A DNA stretch of 64,000 nucleotides, taken from the NCBI GenBank assembly GCA_963921275.4, contig OZ001293.3, forward strand, positions 6,304,001 through 6,368,000, read 5' to 3'. The notes under the pieces were generated by a model. That model worked only from the letters and a program-made list of their open reading frames with translations, was not told where the DNA came from and did no database searches. The DNA comes from an uncultured Hormoscilla sp. (lineage in GTDB: Bacteria; Cyanobacteriota; Cyanobacteriia; Cyanobacteriales; Desertifilaceae). Position 1 is the first letter of the stretch. Every line of letters starts with the position of its first letter. Of the stretch, positions 58,741-64,000 are shown piece after piece. The translations under genes and the position numbers were made by a program.

Positions 58741-59048
58741 GTTGGGGGGTGCATCTCACCAGGGCTATTTCATTTTTCCAAAACGTCCTGAGACGACACA
58801 TACGAAGCGTAAGATTCAAGAAAACTGCTGAAACCCTTACAGGGCAGGTGTTTCGTTCATTGAGGATCGAAGGGCTATATTCCTTGCTGGATGAGGGTTT
58901 CAGACGATCCTGTTAATTAGACTGAACCAGTGCCGGGCTATCGATCGGGGTCTATGACATTTCCAGAAGATTCCAGACCTAGGACAAATTCTTGATGGGC
59001 CTGAGTTTGCAAACCTGACTGCAAAACTGCCAGGATAAAGGGCGATCG

Positions 59049-59534
59049 CTACTCTCCTACTGCTTGCAAGACGAGATCGTATAGCCGATCGCTCACCCAA
59101 AATTCTGCTATGGTAATTAAATCATCCAGAATCGGTTTGACAGCCGAAATCAAACCTTTGTGTTTTGCTTCAATCAATACTCCTAAAATTCCCGTGAATT
59201 TCAGTCCATATTCAGCAGCGACTTTTCTGCCCAATTCTTCATCTATTAGCAACCAGTCCGCGTTTAATGCGATCGCCAGGACAATAGCTTCTGATTCTCC
59301 TTCATGCAGTTGATTTTGCCGGTAAGTTGCCAGTGTTAAGTTGGTAATATTTTGCGTCTGAATCCAATTTTCAGTCTGTACTTCTATTGCACCAGGAATT
59401 GTATCGCCTTGGCGAGTCAATTCCTGGTAAACTGCGGAGGGAATAATGATGTTGTTGTAGAGTTGTTGTACAAGGTGTAGCTGTCCTACCGCTGCTAAAT
59501 TAGTGATAGACGAGGTGTTACTGACGACAATCAT
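59049..59534 (-). CDS. DUF3368 PIN-domain protein
   Basis: IVVSNTS, LHEGESEAI, LLIDE, GILGVL. Confidence 0.85.
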   Translation of the reverse strand: MIVVSNTSSITNLAAVGQLHLVQQLYNNIIIPSAVYQELTRQGDTIPGAIEVQTENWIQTQNITNLTLATYRQNQLHEGESEAIVLAIALNADWLLIDEELGRKVAAEYGLKFTGILGVLIEAKHKGLISAVKPILDDLITIAEFWVSDRLYDLVLQAVGE

Positions 59535-59776
59535 AAGCGACCCATCTCCCGTAGGTTTTCCAGGTCGGTTTCAAAATCAGCAACGTCGTAATGGACGGGA
59601 ATTTTTCGACTTGCGAGTTCATGTTGAAACTGAAGTAAGTGCATGCGGGCAAAGTGGGCAGCTTTTCCAATACTGATTTTCTTTTTTTGGAACAGCATAA
59701 TGATAATTTATAGGGTGAACTCGGCTTCCGACATCCCGCTGGCTTGGAATATGTCATCGTCAATGGCTATGAGCAT
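59531..59776 (-). pseudogene. UPF0175 antitoxin-like protein with in-frame TAA (59708-59710)
   Basis: Manual translation ..ASGMSEAEFTL*III..ISIGKAA..FQHELASRKIPVHYD.. Confidence 0.8.
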
Positions 59777-59915
59777 GGTATTTTATCCTGACTTGCTGAT
59801 ATCATTATAACAAGGTTCGATAACTATTGCTTTATGTAACGCGATTGTTACAGCGCAGAGGCGATCGCACCTCTTCTCCCAGGATAAAGGGCGATCTCCT
59901 CGATGGAAAGCATTT

Positions 59916-60140
59916 CTAGCTAAGTTGCTCTTGCTTTAGGATCTCCTTTCTGTTAGGATCGGGAAGAGGCATTGATGATGGAATCAGTGCCGGTTGGGGA
60001 CTGCGCCGGACTAGGCGATCGCGATATTGTTCCTGAAACTGGCACATATGTTCGTAGAGAAGATCCGGGTCATGTTGACATTCGGCTTCTATTTCCAGAC
60101 GGATACGACGGATTTCTTCAATAATTGGGTCTTTCACCAT
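59916..60140 (-). CDS. Small antitoxin-like protein
   Basis: DPIIEEIRRIR motif; adjacent to a PIN gene. Confidence 0.55.
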   Translation of the reverse strand: MVKDPIIEEIRRIRLEIEAECQHDPDLLYEHMCQFQEQYRDRLVRRSPQPALIPSSMPLPDPNRKEILKQEQLS

Positions 60141-60152
60141 TTTAACTCTCCA

Positions 60153-60585
60153 TTAACTCTTCGTACATATTACCGGGGTGCGAATTGCATTTTCCGTATT
60201 GATATTTTCAATTATTTTGATAACTCTTCCATTGGCGATGTGGGTACAGTTCCATGATACCAGAAAATCAACTCCATGCCACGCTGCATATGCTAAGTGA
60301 TAAGCATCATATCTGGCTTTTTCTGGTATTTGAATTGCTGCAAAATATATTTCGGCAATGGTGCGCACTTCCTGTGTCAACTCTAATATTGTAAAGTATG
60401 AAACGCGATCGAGTCTTTGCATGTGCTGCTTGACTATCTCCCTTGGCAATTTCTTCTAAAACAGTCGGGGAAATGACTGCTTTATATTTCGGCAATGCTG
60501 TCTCCCACCAATCCCGGGTAATCTGTTGATGGGCTGCTACTATTAGATCGCGACTCGGTCTTGCTGTCAAATAACTGATTACACT
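60153..60585 (-). pseudogene. PIN-domain (VapC-like) protein, 5'-truncated and frameshifted
   Basis: SVISYLTARPSRD..; DAYHLA..FLVSWNCTHIAN. Confidence 0.8.
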
Positions 60586-60595
60586 TGCACCCCCA

Positions 60596-61272
60596 TTAGC
60601 AAGCACCGGTGCCAACCAGTAGTTTCTGGGCGAAAAAAATTTTCCCAAAAGGGTTGACAATGGAATTCGCAGCCATTAAGATGGTAAAAAAGCGGTTGAC
60701 AGCAGGATTGCCGTACCTGGAAAACTTAATAACCACCGGTACTGCGAACTCGCAGTTTCATTATCGACGCGCGACTTCCACCCAAAGATGAAAAACCTAC
60801 CCTTGTGAGGGGGTTTGGGGGGGAGCCCGGGAGCAACGGTCTGCATGACCACACCCGCTTCCAGATGCAACGGTCTGCATGACCACACCTTGTATTTGGG
60901 AACGGAAGAGTCGTACCCGGGAACGGAAGAGTCGTACCCGAAAATGGAAGAGTCGTACCCAAGAACGGAAGAGTCGTACCCGAAAACGGAAAAGTCGTAC
61001 CCGGGAACGGAAGAGTCGTACCCGACATGTAGGTTCCCCCTCACGCAGGAAAGGTTATTAACTGAGAAGTATTGGGGCAACCCTTAGCAAGCACCGGTGC
61101 CAACCAGTGGTTTCTGGGCGAAAAAAATTTTCCCAAAAGGGTTGACAATGGAATTCGCAGCCATTAAGATGGTAAAAGATCGGTTGACAGCAGGATTGCC
61201 GTACCTGGAAAACTTAATAATCACCGGTACTGCGAACTCGCAGTTTCATTATCGACGCGCGACTTCCACCCA
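60596..61272. repeat. ~190-bp direct repeats (60596-60784, 61084-61272) around a 21-bp x6 array (60898-61023)
   Basis: Near-identical copies, each with two TTGACA boxes; array unit GGGAACGGAAGAGTCGTACCC. Confidence 0.88.
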
Positions 61273-61599
61273 ATGTAATCTGGTTTGCGGATGTCTGAGG
61301 TGATGCTCAGCTATGGCTATGAGTTGAGACTTGTGCGCCCTCAATACCTTACTATGTAAGCGTTTGAGAGTTGGGTAAGTTCTCAGCAGTAAGGGTTTCA
61401 TGCTTCGGGCGATCGCCCCCTGACAGCTTTTTAGCGCTAGTTCAGACCAAGGTACGCGATCAGACAGCACCCCATCCTGAGACTTAGGAGGGCTTCAATG
61501 CATAAGACTATAAGGGGCGTCTAAGATTTGCGCTCTACCGTTGGTAGCAGATGGCTATTTCTCTGGTTTGCAATCAGCACCGGAGTAACCAGCTTTTTA

Positions 61600-61719
61600 A
61601 GCTGTCGCGCATCTAAACTGCATATTTGGAGATCGGATAAAATGGTGGCAACCCTCGACCCATAAGTGTTTCAGCGAGAATGGCAATTTTTAACTATGCA
61701 ATTTAAATGCATCACAGCT
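61600..61719. mobile_element. MITE-like element (120 bp)
   Basis: Imperfect ~25-bp IRs AGCTGT..GCAT.TAAA.TGCATA with flanking TA. Confidence 0.7.
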
Positions 61720-61748
61720 TATTCATTGCCACCTACTTGGCATCATTA

Positions 61749-63396
61749 CTAAGACTCTCCCCCACCAAGAAACTCCAATTCTCCTCGTTCTTTCAGTTCC
61801 CACATCACTCCACTCTTAGTCACTTTAGCAGGGTAGACCAGCCTAAATTTAGTTGTCACTTTTTCTTGGTATCCGCGACATTCAAAGATGTACTTATATT
61901 GCGAGTACAGGCCAGCCTTGGGCAAAGTGTTATTTTTGGGAAATAGAAACTTATTACCTGTTTCAGAACCAATAAAAACTACCCTGAATTGTTTATCAGT
62001 AGTTTCCTCTCCAAAAAATAATGGTTGATTATTATCTTTCCGGTGTTGAGAAAAGCTTTGCTCCGTCAGAGAAACGTCCGCCGGTTTGTAGCTTATCAGT
62101 GCTTCTGGGTTATTGTTATAATGCTCTACCAAAGTTGCTAGTTCCTTGGGGACAACTGGAGGCAGTGGTGGAGGTTGGGATAACTTCTCGTTATCCTGCT
62201 TTAATTTTTTGTTCTCTTGGGTTAAGTTAGCTATCTCCCGCCTTAATCTCTCTGTCTCATCTTGTTCTTCTCTGGCTCTCTCTTTTATCTTGTTTAGCTG
62301 AGTTTCCAGTTCGCTGTTTTCTTCCCTTAGTTCTTTGTTATTGGCTATCTCATCTTCTTTTGCCTTTTCTAATTCCTGTAATTGCTCGCGTAGTCGTAAA
62401 TGCAACTCGGAGTTTTCATTTACCCTGTTCTGAATCATTTCAACAATATGATTTTGGACGCTTTGAAGTTGCTGAATTTGCTTTTGTATTTCTTGACTAA
62501 TGTGACTCTCTATGTTTGCAAGTTTTTCCTGATTGCCTCCAATATATTGTTAAGTATACTCTGAGTTTCCAGATCTGAGATTTCATTTTCCTTTTCAGCT
62601 GGCTTTTCTAATTGCTGTAATTGTTCGCGTATTTGTTGTGACTGCAACTCGGAGGTTTCATTTAGCCTGTTCTGAATCTCATCAGAAATCTGATGGCAGA
62701 GGCTTTGAAGAAGTTGCTGAAATTGCTTTGATATTTCTTGACTAATGTGACTCTCTAGGTTTACAAGTCTTTCCTTTACTTCGCTGTCGTCTGACGGGGA
62801 TGATGATGGAGGGGTGCTCTGATTTTTGGGATTCAATTTCTGAATTTCCTGAAATGTATTGTTGACTACACGCCGAAGATTTTGATTTATATTATCCTCC
62901 AAAGTCGTAATTCTTTGAGTTATTTGGTTTTCATATTGCGGCGAGTATGGCGTGGTAGTAAAATTAGATGGATTTTTTATATCTTCCAAATCTTTTATCA
63001 CTTCACTCATTTGATCCTTTATGACTTGAACCTTTTCTGACAGTTCGTTTTTTATGACTGGAATCTCTGACCGGTTCTCTGCATTGAAATCGTGTTTTTG
63101 TTTTATTTTCCTTATATTTACATCAATATTGTAACATATATAAAAAATGTACTACTTATTATAATAAGAAATATTACTTGCAATATTTCTATCGTGACAA
63201 TATCTTTCAATTTTTCTTCTGATGGAAGGGACTTAGATGTTGAAGGCGTAGGACTGGGAGTGCCAGTTTCAGGTGGATAGCCACTGCCATTATCTCCAGC
63301 CGCTGGCAGATGACAACCACCGAGGATACTTGCTGCTATCAAAACTGCGCTCAACGAAGCAGTTAATCGTTGTCCTTGTCTTTTGCTTTCCATTCG
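61749..63396 (-). pseudogene. Coiled-coil membrane/lipoprotein broken into three ORFs
   Basis: Adjacent ORFs in different frames; internal duplicated ESHISQEI segment. Confidence 0.55.
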
Positions 63397-64000
63397 TCTC
63401 TCCTCGCTAAAAAATGCAGTAACCACTTCAATCCCAAAATCAACGGCGGCTCGCCAAAGCTGATTTCTTCTCGCGGCTTCCCCTTCTGACTGTCTAAGTT
63501 ATCTTCTACTTTGCGTTTGATTGCTTTGAATAGTTTATTCCGTTCTTCTTGCTTGTCATCTTTATATTCTGGCAGCGGCTTGATACTCGTTATCTTCAAA
63601 TCTTTCAATGCCTTGTGGAAGTCTTCTATAAAAAGCTGGAGATATCTTAAATCCTGAATTTTAAAACTCTCTAAAATTTCTTCCGAGAATCGCACTCGGT
63701 CGTAGGCGTCGATAGGTTCTCCGTTGATCTTACAGTCTTCTCCAGCAAATACCTCATTTTCGTCTTCTTGGTCAATTCCTCGCAATTGGGTTGCTATCTG
63801 ATCGGCTACTAACCCGCAAGCTACCTCTGCCTTGGGCTTTCGGCTCAAGCTAGTCTCTTCTCGACTATCATCAAAACCAGAGCCTTCGCTTAACATCCGA
63901 CTGAGTAATCGATTCACTTCGGACTCGTTCGGATCGAATCTTGCACCGGCATCGAGCCAGTGCAAGATGCGAGAACCATTACCACCGATGAGAACGGGGG
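63363..64000 (-). CDS. Hypothetical protein C-terminus (partial; possibly actin-like ATPase fold)
   Basis: VLIGGNGSR..KPKAEVACGLV; open to the window edge. Confidence 0.45.
   Translation of the reverse strand, partial: PVLIGGNGSRILHWLDAGARFDPNESEVNRLLSRMLSEGSGFDDSREETSLSRKPKAEVACGLVADQIATQLRGIDQEDENEVFAGEDCKINGEPIDAYDRVRFSEEILESFKIQDLRYLQLFIEDFHKALKDLKITSIKPLPEYKDDKQEERNKLFKAIKRKVEDNLDSQKGKPREEISFGEPPLILGLKWLLHFLARRDEWKAKDKDND

Noticed and set aside
60898..61023. Possible CRISPR array or short repeat proteins
   Set aside because: Contiguous 21-bp tandem repeat; ORFs appear in many frames simply because the unit lacks stops

Overview
Cyanobacterial chromosomal window: HIP1 GCGATCGC octamers are abundant, and patD-relA, rplU-rpmA-hemB, Uma2 and DUF4347 genes are present. 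It shows heavy genome decay (many nonsense/frameshift pseudogenes, IS remnants, small repeats), compatible with a host-associated filamentous cyanobacterium (inference). The main feature is a fragmented lipid/amino-lipid gene cluster at ~5.7-39.3 kb. It has an operon of Rieske oxygenase, alpha-oxoamine synthase (SPT-like), bCerS/YghO-like GNAT, NAD(P)-dependent reductase, methyltransferases, aminotransferase, dehydrogenase and CmcI-like protein. Nearby are a fatty-acid hydroxylase, Mpo1-like protein, amidohydrolase, GH3 amido-synthetase, JmjC oxygenase, ABC exporter and MFS. The gene set resembles a bacterial ceramide/sphingolipid-type pathway. It is interrupted by an RT-encoding group II intron, an LRR-cadherin-RTX secreted protein gene, a decayed XamI-like R-M module and an IS5. 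The window holds three related group II introns, one with an RT/HNH ORF and two ORF-less with different EBS1 loops matching their own targets. A family of tiny palindromic elements inserts in frame into genes. The right part carries nagZ, histidine-kinase pseudogenes, a frameshifted hemB, rpmA/rplU, an SSS symporter, patD, relA/spoT, selO and PIN toxin-antitoxin remnants. All calls are by eye; no database searches were run.
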